A stretch of DNA of 60,087 nucleotides from NCBI GenBank assembly GCA_030699685.1, contig JAUYLJ010000007.1:1-60087 (forward strand). Reading direction: 5' to 3'. The notes beneath the pieces were generated by a model, which saw only the letters and a list, made by a program, of their open reading frames with translations, was not told where the DNA came from and searched no databases. The translations under genes were made by a program, and so were the position numbers. Of this stretch, positions 9,843 through 19,616 are shown one piece after another. The DNA comes from a bacterium (GTDB lineage: Bacteria; Patescibacteriota; Patescibacteriia; JAHIZJ01). Within the stretch, counting starts at the first letter, position 1. Each line of letters begins with the position of its first letter.

Positions 9843-11666
9843 CTATTTGAATTCGTATACCCAGATTGAATGGCCAATTTTGGCGACTGGCTTGTATTGT
9901 AAGAGCCAGCGATAATTTTTTTCTTGGGCGAAAAGACCGGAAACGCTTATCGCTACCACGCCTTTGAAGTCGCCCTCTTGGATTTGATCGTTGGTCGGAG
10001 GGCTGACATGCTCGATGCCATAGGCCTGAGGGTCAGCCGTGCCAAAATAATGTAAATACACAAAGCTGATATTTCGTCCGTCGAGATATTTCTTCAAAGC
10101 AATCAGGTCCTGACCCCAATCAATGTTGGAATCCGTTAAGTAGCGATGACCTCTTTCGGGTCCGCCGATGGCTTCGTTGAAATAGGCGAGATAATTTGGG
10201 TAGATGACAAGCGAGGAGATCGCGTAATACACAAGAAAAGCCAGGATCATGATCCGCCAGGCAATTGCGTTTCTCTTCGGACCGCGAAGTACCAGGCTGC
10301 CAATCAGTATGAAAAGAAAGGGGTACACTGGCAGAAGATGCCGAACGCCGAGATTCAGCTTGCTGGTCAGTGTCCAGGCAAAATAGAGCAGGGGAGTGAG
10401 AGTGAGGATGTACCAATGCAGGGGCACTTGGCGCAAGACGGCAATTTTTGCTCGAATGCCCTCTTTTATCGCGGACCAAAACGTAACAGCTTCAGATCGT
10501 CTTTCCCGAATTGCTTCTTTCCAGTGGCTGAAAAATCTCCCCGCCGCCCACCAGGCAAAATACCCGGCTGCCAATATGGTGACTACAGGAGTCTTGACCA
10601 GCCAGGCCACAATAAAGTAATACCACCAGCCGACGTTCGAGTATTGCCCCATCAGATAGGCCATGTGTCCCCAGAAATTGTGATTGGCCAGAGTGCCAAA
10701 TCCCACGAAGTAACTCAACGCTGGGATCGGTACGCGTCTGGCAAAATTTTCCGCCAGGCGGCCAATAGTCGTCTCAGTATCAGTGAGGACGTTTGTCAGT
10801 CGCAAAAGAAGTGAGTCAAACTGCTGCGCTGATTTACCGGCTGAAAAATTCGCGGCGACATCCGGATTGGAATACAGAGGTTCAAATTGAAATCCGTATA
10901 CCGCCCAAATGGAAATGGCGCTTACGGCCAGGGTCAGCCAGAATAATTGTTTGTACGAAACTTTGCCCGTCAGATTGTCCGCGCGCTTGTTCAGGCCCTG
11001 CCAGTGGGCTATCAGCAGATAGAGCAGCGATAAGGGGATAAGGATCACGGCCGAAAATTTTGCCAATTGCGCCAAAGCAAATACCGCTGAGAATACTATC
11101 GCGCGGGTAAGAGTTGGTTTTTGGATGAACCGTTGCAGGGCGTACAAAGCGGCAAAAAGGAAAAGCGCGATTCCTATGTCAGTGGTGATGAATCGGGAGT
11201 GGGCAGTGACGGTTGGATCCAGCGCATAGAAAAATACCGCCGTTAGTCCGGCGATTGGCCCGAATAACGATTTTGTCCATTTGAAAATCAGCCAGCCAAG
11301 TAGTATACTGAGAAGCATGATTGACAGGCGACCCCAGAAAAGCAGCCAGTTGTGATCCGCTCCGCTACGGTAGAGAAAATACTGCCCGGCGGCCCATTGC
11401 TCGCCAGACTCCCAGTAGGGATTTTCTTCCAGCGATGGCAGGTTCATGAAGAGCAAAGGCGCGCCAGCCAGCATTTTTATAAGCGGGGGGTGCTCTGGAT
11501 TCAGCCGGAAGTCCCCAGTGCGTAGATAAGAGTATCCGGCGACAATATGGGGAGCCTCGTCAATTATTTGAGACTTTTGGGCGGCGCTCGTCATCATGAT
11601 GGCCAGCATGCCGACGAGAAGAAGAGCCGCGATCAGGGTGGCCTTACGGCGAAGAAAATCGATCAT
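9843..11666 (-). CDS. GT-C fold glycosyltransferase (ArnT/PMT, family 39-like)
   Basis: 607 aa and polytopic. The first loop reads IIDEAPHIVAGYSYLRTGDFRLNPEHPPL, which is typical of dolichyl/undecaprenyl-phosphate sugar transferases. Confidence 0.75.
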   Translation of the reverse strand: MIDFLRRKATLIAALLLVGMLAIMMTSAAQKSQIIDEAPHIVAGYSYLRTGDFRLNPEHPPLIKMLAGAPLLFMNLPSLEENPYWESGEQWAAGQYFLYRSGADHNWLLFWGRLSIMLLSILLGWLIFKWTKSLFGPIAGLTAVFFYALDPTVTAHSRFITTDIGIALFLFAALYALQRFIQKPTLTRAIVFSAVFALAQLAKFSAVILIPLSLLYLLIAHWQGLNKRADNLTGKVSYKQLFWLTLAVSAISIWAVYGFQFEPLYSNPDVAANFSAGKSAQQFDSLLLRLTNVLTDTETTIGRLAENFARRVPIPALSYFVGFGTLANHNFWGHMAYLMGQYSNVGWWYYFIVAWLVKTPVVTILAAGYFAWWAAGRFFSHWKEAIRERRSEAVTFWSAIKEGIRAKIAVLRQVPLHWYILTLTPLLYFAWTLTSKLNLGVRHLLPVYPFLFILIGSLVLRGPKRNAIAWRIMILAFLVYYAISSLVIYPNYLAYFNEAIGGPERGHRYLTDSNIDWGQDLIALKKYLDGRNISFVYLHYFGTADPQAYGIEHVSPPTNDQIQEGDFKGVVAISVSGLFAQEKNYRWLLQYKPVAKIGHSIWVYEFK

Positions 11667-11671
11667 ACGCT

Positions 11672-12040
11672 ATGAATGAAAAGCATCACACAAGTTTCCG
11701 TCATTTTATTCGCGATCCTTGGATTGTCGGAAACGTCATCATCGCTTTGGTATTGAACGCGGCCGCTTGGTGGCTCATTGTTACGCAGTTTACCACCGAC
11801 GCGGAGTTCGCGCCGCTCCATTATAACATTTATTTCGGCATCGATCTATTTGGTCCCAGTTGGCAGATCTATCTTCTGCCCGGTTCCGGAAGCGCCATCA
11901 TCGCCCTGAACTACTTGGCGGCCGCGCTACTGTATTCCCGCTTGCTATTGGTCAGCCGCATTCTCACCATGGTGGCGACCCTATGCCAGATGGTTTGCCT
12001 CTGGGCGTCTTGGCTAATAATCCAGGAGTTGATTGTCTAA
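11672..12040 (+). CDS. Small integral membrane protein, unknown function
   Basis: 122 aa with 3 predicted TM helices. It overlaps the mraY start by 8 nt. Confidence 0.55.
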   Translation: MNEKHHTSFRHFIRDPWIVGNVIIALVLNAAAWWLIVTQFTTDAEFAPLHYNIYFGIDLFGPSWQIYLLPGSGSAIIALNYLAAALLYSRLLLVSRILTMVATLCQMVCLWASWLIIQELIV

Positions 12041-13097
12041 TCCTATGAACGTTACTGATACATTTCCAGTCATCAAACTCTTTCTACTGACAGTACTGTC
12101 TTTCAGCGTCACAATATTATGGACGCCGGCTTTGACGCACTTTCTCTATAAGCATAAGCTGGGCAAAAAAATCCGAGATGATGCCTCGGCGCCGATTTTT
12201 TCAAAGCTTCATCAGAAAAAATCCGGCACACCTACCTTCGGAGGAGTGCTGATCTGGGGCACCACATTATTCCTAGGCCTCGTATTTTTCTATCTTGATT
12301 CGCTGTTTAACGGTGAATTCATTTCGGGGCTGAATTTCCTTAGCCGTTCGGAAACACTCCTACCCCTTGGCGCCCTGGTGGCGACCGCTCTGGTCGGGTT
12401 GGTGGATGATTACCTCAACGTGAAAGGGATAGGTCCCTATGGCGGGGGATTGAAGATACGGTATCGCCTTTTGATTTATACCGTGATAGCCAGTGTCGGG
12501 GCCTGGTGGTTTTTCTCGAAGCTCGACTGGGACCTTATTCACGTGCCATTCATCGGCAATTTCGAAATCGGCTGGTGGTATATTCCGATTTTCATCTTTG
12601 TGATCGTTTCCACTTCTTTTTCAGTCAATGAGATAGACGGCTTAGACGGGCTGGCAGGAGGCACTTTGCTGGCCGCCTTCGGGGCTTACGCGGCGATCGC
12701 CTTCGCGCTCGGGCGCTATGATTTGGCGGCATTCTGCGGCGTGATTGTGGGAGCGCTGTTTGCTTTCCTCTGGTTCAATATTCCGCCGGCTCGATTTTTC
12801 ATGGGGGACACTGGAGCGATGGCACTGGGGACTACGCTTGGCATCGTGGCAATGTTGACCAATACTGCTTTAGTGCTGCCGATTATTGGACTGCTTTTCG
12901 TCATTGAGTCGCTTTCCGTCATTATCCAGTTAAGCGCCAGGCGTTTGTTGAAGCGTAAGATATTCCAGTCGGCGCCTATTCACCATCATCTGGAAGCGAT
13001 AGGCTGGCCCGAAACGAAGGTTGTCATGCGGTTCTGGATTATCGCGGCGGTCATGGCGGTGATAGGCGTGGTAATAGTGGTGATTGATAAGACCTAG
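12033..13097 (+). CDS. mraY: Phospho-N-acetylmuramoyl-pentapeptide transferase
   Basis: Motifs DDYLNVKG, NEIDGLDGLAGG, MGDTGAMALG and HHHLE. Confidence 0.95.
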   Translation: MSNPMNVTDTFPVIKLFLLTVLSFSVTILWTPALTHFLYKHKLGKKIRDDASAPIFSKLHQKKSGTPTFGGVLIWGTTLFLGLVFFYLDSLFNGEFISGLNFLSRSETLLPLGALVATALVGLVDDYLNVKGIGPYGGGLKIRYRLLIYTVIASVGAWWFFSKLDWDLIHVPFIGNFEIGWWYIPIFIFVIVSTSFSVNEIDGLDGLAGGTLLAAFGAYAAIAFALGRYDLAAFCGVIVGALFAFLWFNIPPARFFMGDTGAMALGTTLGIVAMLTNTALVLPIIGLLFVIESLSVIIQLSARRLLKRKIFQSAPIHHHLEAIGWPETKVVMRFWIIAAVMAVIGVVIVVIDKT

Positions 13098-13105
13098 GTA
13101 TATAT

Positions 13106-13603
13106 ATGATACGAACTATATTAATCATCGCAGTCATTGTGCTTGGTTTCGGCCTGCTGTACTGGATGAATTCTCAGACAGATCCGCCCGTCGATGTCGA
13201 ATATGTCCAGGGTTTTGAAGGGCGGGCCTTGGGTGTCAGTGATATTGCCGGAGTTTCTGAGATGCCGTATAGCAGCGGGGTAATCATGGCTTTTCGAGCC
13301 GAAGATTGGCAGATATTGCTGGGACGTTTGAATTTGCAAACTGAAGGATTCAATTACGAACGAGCCGGATTGCTTTTAACGGAAGCACATATCAATGACT
13401 TTGATGTGGCCGAGGGCGGCCTTAGCCAAGACGGCGCTTACGCGGTGAATGTAACACCGGGGGAATACGTGGTTTGCGCGGCCAATGTTGGTGATAGTCA
13501 TCCTCAGCCGGAATCCTATCCCAGACTGACCTATGGGTGCGCGGAAGCCATATCAGTGGAGGGGGAGCGCGGCCACGTTGATATCTATTTTGACGGCAGC
13601 TAG
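13106..13603 (+). CDS. Membrane-anchored hypothetical protein
   Basis: N-terminal TM ILIIAVIVLGFGLLYW. No family recognised. It is inserted between mraY and murD. Confidence 0.55.
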   Translation: MIRTILIIAVIVLGFGLLYWMNSQTDPPVDVEYVQGFEGRALGVSDIAGVSEMPYSSGVIMAFRAEDWQILLGRLNLQTEGFNYERAGLLLTEAHINDFDVAEGGLSQDGAYAVNVTPGEYVVCAANVGDSHPQPESYPRLTYGCAEAISVEGERGHVDIYFDGS

Positions 13604-13861
13604 TTCATTAGTGAATTGGTCAATAAGCTTAACCGTCAGCCTCGACCGGTGGGGTTGACCCGATGAAAATGAGTCAAACGCATTTGTTGACCGCATTACG
13701 ACTTATTATCACCCTACCGTAATACAACCGTGAAAGTCTTCAGCCTCATTTATACTAGGGTTGACCGCCCACGGATTTTTTTGTAATCTCACCTGTATCT
13801 GTGTTCACCGCGTGCGGGGTGATCGCACGCACATTCCAACACCGTGAGAACGGAGGTTTCA

Positions 13862-14500
13862 ATGAAGCGCGTACTTCTGGGTTTGATCGCGTTGGTGGCT
13901 ATCGTTGCCATCATCTCCCATCGTTCGCAGGCAAGCACGTCGGTGGACTACGGCTGGACTATGGTCGTCAGCGTCTGCGAAGCCGATCCGGTCTCTGATC
14001 AGCCCGACGTTGTCGAGATCACCTTCATCGTCGAGTCTTCCCGTCCTTTCGGATTTGGGGGGGATTCGTCCTATCCTGCCGTTCTTCTTGTCGACCTGGG
14101 GCAGGATGGAGAACCGGCAAGCAGGCTGGTAAACGGCTGTTCCGAGATCAGATTCTCCAACGTTCCTGCCCGGCAGTGCAGGGTACGAAACCCTGATGTG
14201 GCGCTGCGCGGTGAGTCGGGTGACATGTATGTCGTCTGCGACTACTGCGCTTACGACGGAAACATCGTCCACCGCGTCGATAGCAACGGCATGATCCAAG
14301 CCGATCTGGGGGCGCCAGGCGATTGCCCGGTCCAGGTTCGCAACGTGGTTCAGATGGCGGTTGACGAATCCGAACGAGTGGTCTGCATGTACGACCAAGC
14401 GAATGAGCGTGTCCAGGTCTACTCCATCGGCAGTAACCAGCATCTCGGTACGGTTCATCCCGACCAGTCTGAACTCCTCGCGGCAGTGGCCAATCGCTGA
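13862..14500 (+). CDS. Secreted cysteine-rich hypothetical protein (G+C-rich orphan)
   Basis: Start set to MKRVLLGLIALVAIVAIISHRSQA, a signal peptide preceded by GGAGG. It has its own TTGACC-17-TAATCT promoter (about 13761-13789) and a terminator. Confidence 0.6.
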   Translation: MKRVLLGLIALVAIVAIISHRSQASTSVDYGWTMVVSVCEADPVSDQPDVVEITFIVESSRPFGFGGDSSYPAVLLVDLGQDGEPASRLVNGCSEIRFSNVPARQCRVRNPDVALRGESGDMYVVCDYCAYDGNIVHRVDSNGMIQADLGAPGDCPVQVRNVVQMAVDESERVVCMYDQANERVQVYSIGSNQHLGTVHPDQSELLAAVANR

Positions 14501-14543
14501 TTCAGCGGTACTCCGGCCTATCTTGGCTGCCAAGCGGCCGAAC

Positions 14544-14576
14544 TCCCTTAGCAAAACTGAGGGATTTTTATTTTTC
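14544..14576 (+). terminator. Rho-independent terminator-like hairpin plus T-run after the orphan gene
   Basis: TCCCT..AGGGA stem followed by TTTTTATTTTT. Confidence 0.55.
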
Positions 14577-14600
14577 TCCAAATACGCTATCATACAGTAG

Positions 14601-15986
14601 ATGCAACACGAATGGAAAAACAAAAGAGTGACGGTGATGGGACTGGGACTCCAGGGAGGGGGAGAGAGCGCCGTTCGTTTCTTTTGCCGGCAGGGAGCGC
14701 GGGTGATCGCCACCGACCTGAAGACGAGAACGCAGCTTATATCAACCCTAAAAAAATTAAGGAATCTCAAAGTCCAATATGTCCTTGGTCGTCATCGCCG
14801 GGAAGATTTCACGTCCGCGGATCTGATTATCAAGAATCCCGGCGTACCGAACGATTCGTCGTTTCTTGAGGCTGCGCGAAAATCCGGGGTGCCTGTTGAA
14901 AACGAAGCCAGTGTTTTCTTTCAGTATAGCCCCGCACCGATTATCGGCATCACCGGAACAAACGGAAAAGGCACGGTCGCTACGCTGGTCACTTCATTGC
15001 TGAAAAAGAAGTATCCCGGAATTCGCCTGGCCGGGAACATTGGCAAGACGGCCATGCTTGATATCTTGCCCAAGCTGGATCGCCGCACGCCAATAGTACT
15101 GGAGTTGTCGTCGTGGCAGCTTGAAGGATTGGAGCCGGGAAAAGTCAGTCCGGGTTTCGCGCTGGTGACGAACATCACCCAGGATCACCTGAATCGATAT
15201 CGCTCATTACACGAATACGCGCGCTCCAAATCGATTATCGTGCGTTTCCAAAAAAAGTCCGATACGGTGGTGTTGAATCGTGACGACAAAATTGTCAGCG
15301 GCTTTAAACGCCTCGCCAAGGGAAAAGTTATATGGTTTTCTCTTCAATCCCCAGGGTCAAAAAAATATCAAGGGACCTGGGTTGATCCGCGGGGGATATG
15401 GTTTCAGAATCATGGACGAAAAAAACTTATACTCTCCCATAAAGATATCGCCGTTCGCGGTGAGCATAACTTAGCAAATATTGCTTCGGCAATCGCGCTC
15501 GCAAAATGTTTTGACGTTTCTGATGCTCACGTTAAACAAACAGTCGGGAAATTCCGGGGGCTGCCGTATCGCCTGGAAACGGTTCGGCGACACAGAGGCG
15601 TGCGATGGATCAATGATTCGATTTCATCTTCACCAGAGACGATGATCGCCGCGATAGAGGCAATCAGCCAGGACGGTCCGATAGTGCTGATCGCCGGAGG
15701 GGTGGATAAGAACTTGGACTATCGCCGGGCAGCTAAAATTATCAGACAGATGGTAAAAACAGTCATACTTTTTCCAGGCACGGCCACGGAAAAACTCCGC
15801 CCAGGATTGAAAGAAATGACCGTTCGAAAGGTATCAACGATGTCGCAGGCGGTAAAAATGGCTCAAGTGATGGCCGAAAAAAATGATCAGGTGTTGCTGT
15901 CTCCCGGAGCGGCCAGTTTCAATCTCTTCACCAACGCGTATGATCGAGCCAGGCAGTTTAATCGGGAAGTTGAAAAACTGCAATAA
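14601..15986 (+). CDS. murD: UDP-N-acetylmuramoylalanine--D-glutamate ligase
   Basis: Mur ligase P-loop GTNGKGT, an N-terminal Rossmann-like domain, and its position before ftsW/murG. Confidence 0.9.
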   Translation: MQHEWKNKRVTVMGLGLQGGGESAVRFFCRQGARVIATDLKTRTQLISTLKKLRNLKVQYVLGRHRREDFTSADLIIKNPGVPNDSSFLEAARKSGVPVENEASVFFQYSPAPIIGITGTNGKGTVATLVTSLLKKKYPGIRLAGNIGKTAMLDILPKLDRRTPIVLELSSWQLEGLEPGKVSPGFALVTNITQDHLNRYRSLHEYARSKSIIVRFQKKSDTVVLNRDDKIVSGFKRLAKGKVIWFSLQSPGSKKYQGTWVDPRGIWFQNHGRKKLILSHKDIAVRGEHNLANIASAIALAKCFDVSDAHVKQTVGKFRGLPYRLETVRRHRGVRWINDSISSSPETMIAAIEAISQDGPIVLIAGGVDKNLDYRRAAKIIRQMVKTVILFPGTATEKLRPGLKEMTVRKVSTMSQAVKMAQVMAEKNDQVLLSPGAASFNLFTNAYDRARQFNREVEKLQ

Positions 15987-17123
15987 ATGCCTCAAACCCG
16001 ACGACAACAAATTGCTCCACTGCGCCGGCTCGATCCCGTCATGCTTTTGGTGCTGGCGACGATTGTCGTGTTCGGTATCATCATGCTTGCCTCAGCTGGC
16101 ACGGTGATCGGTTATGAGCGTTTTGGTGACAGTAATTATTATATCAAACATCATTTGCTCTACGGCATATTGCTCGGAGCGATAGGATTCTGGCTTGGCT
16201 CACGGCTGCATTATCGAATTTGGCAGCAGCTATCGCTGCCATTGTTGATTATCACAATCCTTTTATTGATTATCGTCTTTATTCCTGGAATCGGCCTTGA
16301 TTTGAAAGGAGCACATCGGTGGATTATTATTGGCGATTTGACCTTTCAGCCGGCCGAACTCGCGAAACTCACCTTTTTATTTTATTTGGCGACATGGCTG
16401 GAAAAACGCGGCGAGGGGGTGAAAGACTTCTCATACGGCTTCTTACCTTTTTTGTTTATTTTGGGGATTGTGGCGGGACTCATTTTGCTGGAACCGGATT
16501 TCAGCACTATGCTTGTGCTGGCATTCATGGCGGTAACCGTCTTTTTTATCGCCGGTGCCAGCATCATGCACGTGTCATGGCTTGGGATTGCCAGTATTAT
16601 CTTTTTTCTTTTGGTTATTAAATTGACGCCATACCGCGCCGCTCGTTTCACCGTCTTTCTTCAGCCGGATGCCGATCCGCAGGGGATAGGCTATCATATC
16701 AACCAAGCGTTGCTGGCAATTGGTTCCGGGGGATTGTTCGGACTAGGTTTGGGCCATTCGCGTCAGAAATTCAACTATCTCCCCGAAGCGCCGGGTGACT
16801 CGATTTTCGCGGTGATTGCCGAAGAGCTCGGGTTCATCTTCTCCATTGTCTTGATTAGCCTGTTTATCGTGTTGATGATGCGGGGGTTTAAAATCGCCCG
16901 CCGCGCTCCTGACGCTTTCGCGAAATATCTGGTTGTGGGAATTATCACCTGGATTACGTTTCAGGCATTTTTTAATATTGCCGCCATGGTTGGTCTCGTG
17001 CCTCTGACGGGAATTCCGCTGCCCTTCATCAGCCACGGCAGTACGGCCGTAGCCGTTTCGCTTACCGCCATGGGTATTGTCATGAACGTGGCTCGCCATT
17101 CGAAAACTGAATTATCGCCGTAA
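15987..17123 (+). CDS. ftsW: SEDS-family peptidoglycan polymerase FtsW
   Basis: 378 aa with 10 TM helices and FtsW/RodA motifs (PAELAKL, LEPDFST, LPEAPGDSIFAVI). It sits between murD and murG. Confidence 0.9.
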   Translation: MPQTRRQQIAPLRRLDPVMLLVLATIVVFGIIMLASAGTVIGYERFGDSNYYIKHHLLYGILLGAIGFWLGSRLHYRIWQQLSLPLLIITILLLIIVFIPGIGLDLKGAHRWIIIGDLTFQPAELAKLTFLFYLATWLEKRGEGVKDFSYGFLPFLFILGIVAGLILLEPDFSTMLVLAFMAVTVFFIAGASIMHVSWLGIASIIFFLLVIKLTPYRAARFTVFLQPDADPQGIGYHINQALLAIGSGGLFGLGLGHSRQKFNYLPEAPGDSIFAVIAEELGFIFSIVLISLFIVLMMRGFKIARRAPDAFAKYLVVGIITWITFQAFFNIAAMVGLVPLTGIPLPFISHGSTAVAVSLTAMGIVMNVARHSKTELSP

Positions 17124-17166
17124 GCACGACTTTGCAAAATACTCTATTTTCAGTATAGTGGGTGGT

Positions 17167-18234
17167 ATGAGAGTAGTTCTGGCTGGCGGAGGCAGCGGCG
17201 GGGCCACGGTCCCATTATTGGCGGTAGCGGATGAGATTCGCAGAAATAATCCTCAGGCGAAATTTATTTTCATTGGGACTACCGACGGACCGGAGCGTCA
17301 GCTGGTCCATGAGGCAAAAATCGTATTTCGATCTGTCACGGCTGGAAAATTACGCAGATACTGGTCCTGGCAGAATTTCATTGATCCGTTGAGAGTACTG
17401 CTCGGGTTCTTTCAATCCCTGTATTATCTCCATGCTTTCGGCGCTGACGCGGTATTATCGGTAGGGGGGTATGTGAGCGTGCCGGTGGTTTGGGCGGCCA
17501 GACTTATGGAGATTCCGTCCCACGTGCACCAGCAGGACGTGGAGCCGGGTCTGGCGAATCGTCTGCTGACCTGGCCGGCTACGAGAATGTCCGTCACCTT
17601 CAAGCACTCGTTGAAATTTTTCCCCGGCCACAAAACACTCCATACGGGCAATCCGGTTCGTTCAGACATCATGGCTGGTAGCAAGGAAAGAGGAATGAAC
17701 GCGTTCTCGCTTGACCCGAAATTGCCGACAGTGCTCGTCTTTGGCGGCGGTACGGGCGCCCAAAAGATTAACGAGTTGATGGTGGGAGCGGCGTTTGAAC
17801 TTTGTGAGCATTTGCAGGTAATTCATATTTTTGGCAAGACGCGGCAAAGATTCAACATTGCGAATTCGCGGTACCACGCGTATGAGTTTCTCTCGTCGGA
17901 GATGGCTGACGCGTACGCCGTCGCGGATATTGTCGTTTGCCGCGCGGGTTTAAGCACGATTAGCGAGCTGTCCGCGCTGAGTAAATCCGCCATTATTATC
18001 CCGATGCCAGAAACGCATCAAGAAGCAAATGCCGCTTTGCTCAAGCGAAGCAATGCCGCGGTCATTGTTGATCAAGGCACTCTGACGTCCGACTTCCTAA
18101 TAGACGTGATCCTCGGTTTGCTGGCCAACGCGGAATGGAGGGAGATTTTGAAAAAAAACATTCACGCTTTAACGAATACGGAGGCACGAAGCTCCATCGC
18201 TCAATCAATAATCAATCTTGCGAAAGCATCATGA
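17167..18234 (+). CDS. murG: UDP-N-acetylglucosamine--N-acetylmuramyl-(pentapeptide) pyrophosphoryl-undecaprenol N-acetylglucosamine transferase
   Basis: GGGSGGAT, GGYVSVP and FGGGTGAQ motifs. Start taken at the ATG (MRVVLAGGG). Confidence 0.9.
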   Translation: MRVVLAGGGSGGATVPLLAVADEIRRNNPQAKFIFIGTTDGPERQLVHEAKIVFRSVTAGKLRRYWSWQNFIDPLRVLLGFFQSLYYLHAFGADAVLSVGGYVSVPVVWAARLMEIPSHVHQQDVEPGLANRLLTWPATRMSVTFKHSLKFFPGHKTLHTGNPVRSDIMAGSKERGMNAFSLDPKLPTVLVFGGGTGAQKINELMVGAAFELCEHLQVIHIFGKTRQRFNIANSRYHAYEFLSSEMADAYAVADIVVCRAGLSTISELSALSKSAIIIPMPETHQEANAALLKRSNAAVIVDQGTLTSDFLIDVILGLLANAEWREILKKNIHALTNTEARSSIAQSIINLAKAS

Positions 18235-19616
18235 ACGTTAATTCATCAAAATACATATATTGCGTGGGAATCGGGGGCATTGGCCTTTCCGGCTTGGCAA
18301 GAATACTACACTGGCAGGGGAAGACCGTCTCCGGATCTGATTTAATCGCGAGCGAGATTACTGGTGGTTTGCTTGAGTTGGGAATAGACGTCAAGATCGG
18401 ACCTCCTAGGGCGAGCAATATTCCCGAAAACATCGATCTGGTGGTACACACAACGGCGATACCGATCGATCATGTCGAAATAGAGTCGGCGCGCAACAGG
18501 GGAATACGGATTATTTCGTACCCGGAAGCTCTTGGCCAGCTCACCGGTGGGAAATTTCTTATTACCATTTCCGGAACTCACGGCAAATCCACGACTACCG
18601 CTTTTGTCAGCCACCTTCTTCGTACCGCCGGATGGGATCCGACCACGATCGTCGGCAGCCTGGTCCCTGAATTTGGTGGCAATGCCCAGTTGGGACGCAG
18701 TAAATATTTTGTCTTAGAGGCGGATGAGTATAATCGCGCCTTTCTGAATTATTCCCCCCAGGTTGCCATCATTACAAATATCGAGCGAGATCACTTGGAT
18801 GTCTACCGTGATTTAAATGATCTTAAGACCACTTTCCAAAAGTTTCTGCAGCAAGTGAAAGCTGATGGATTTGTCGTGGCGAATGCCGACGATCCTGTCG
18901 TGAAAAAGATTATTCCTGAGCTTGACTCCAAAATTGTGACCTATGGAATACAGAGCGGGGACTACCGGGCGAAAGACATACGATATGGAACGCACGTTTC
19001 GTTCGAGCTGGATGATTTCGGTGCAGTTTCATTGACCTTGCCCGGGAAGCACAACGTCTACAACGCGCTGGCCATGATCGCCACCGGCCTTCAGCTAGGC
19101 ATAGAGGCTGAGACAATCAAAACCACGCTTCAGAATTTTATCGGCCTGTGGAGGAGGTTTGAACGGGTCGGTTCGTATGAAGGAAATCCCATCATCACCG
19201 ATTATGCTCATCATCCCACGGAAATCCAGGTAACCTTGCGCGCGGCCAAGGAAGCGTATCCAGGCAAACGGATTCTGGCTGTTTTTCAGCCCCATCAGCG
19301 TCACCGTACGCAGATGCTTTTCCAGGAATTTTGCGACGCGTTCAGCGATGCCGGAGGAATCATTTTAAGTGAGATATACGAGGTGGCCGGCAGAGAAGAG
19401 GAGAACAATTCAGTCAGTGTTCAGCAGATGTTCGACGTGATGCAGATGAAAGGGCTGAATGTGCAGATGGCTCGTGATTTGAAAGAAACGAAGGATCTTA
19501 TCAAAAAAGTTATCCAGCCGAATGATGTAGTGGTAGTGATGGGCGCGGGATCTATAGACCAGGTAGCCCGGGATCTCGCGCAAGGGGAGGAGTATACTGC
19601 GGAAACCACGAGATGA
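18231..19616 (+). CDS. murC: UDP-N-acetylmuramate--L-alanine ligase
   Basis: GIGGIGLSGLA and GTHGKSTT. Start moved to MNVNSSKYIY, which overlaps the murG stop as ATGA. Confidence 0.92.
   Translation: MNVNSSKYIYCVGIGGIGLSGLARILHWQGKTVSGSDLIASEITGGLLELGIDVKIGPPRASNIPENIDLVVHTTAIPIDHVEIESARNRGIRIISYPEALGQLTGGKFLITISGTHGKSTTTAFVSHLLRTAGWDPTTIVGSLVPEFGGNAQLGRSKYFVLEADEYNRAFLNYSPQVAIITNIERDHLDVYRDLNDLKTTFQKFLQQVKADGFVVANADDPVVKKIIPELDSKIVTYGIQSGDYRAKDIRYGTHVSFELDDFGAVSLTLPGKHNVYNALAMIATGLQLGIEAETIKTTLQNFIGLWRRFERVGSYEGNPIITDYAHHPTEIQVTLRAAKEAYPGKRILAVFQPHQRHRTQMLFQEFCDAFSDAGGIILSEIYEVAGREEENNSVSVQQMFDVMQMKGLNVQMARDLKETKDLIKKVIQPNDVVVVMGAGSIDQVARDLAQGEEYTAETTR

Noticed and set aside
10146-10814. 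222-aa plus-strand ORF inside the GT-C glycosyltransferase gene. The same issue applies to 27361-27918, 30176-30778, 32206-32814 and 52719-53342.
   Set aside because: All of these lie antisense to genes with strong family signatures (GT39, asparaginase-like, lipoprotein, EamA, S11/S4). None has start signals or a recognisable domain.
13859-14770. 303-aa minus-strand ORF, the longest ORF in this stretch
   Set aside because: It is antisense to a gene with a signal peptide, promoter and terminator, and it would overlap the murD start. Long antisense ORFs are expected in G+C-rich segments.
18135-18230. Long N-terminal extensions in the ORF track (murC from 18135, asparaginase-like from 27136, NHL protein from 48291, ABC ATPase to 48356, hydrolase to 42919, mraZ from 21560)
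   Set aside because: The extensions overlap upstream genes or terminators and lack homology. Internal starts reproduce canonical N-termini, signal peptides or ATGA coupling.
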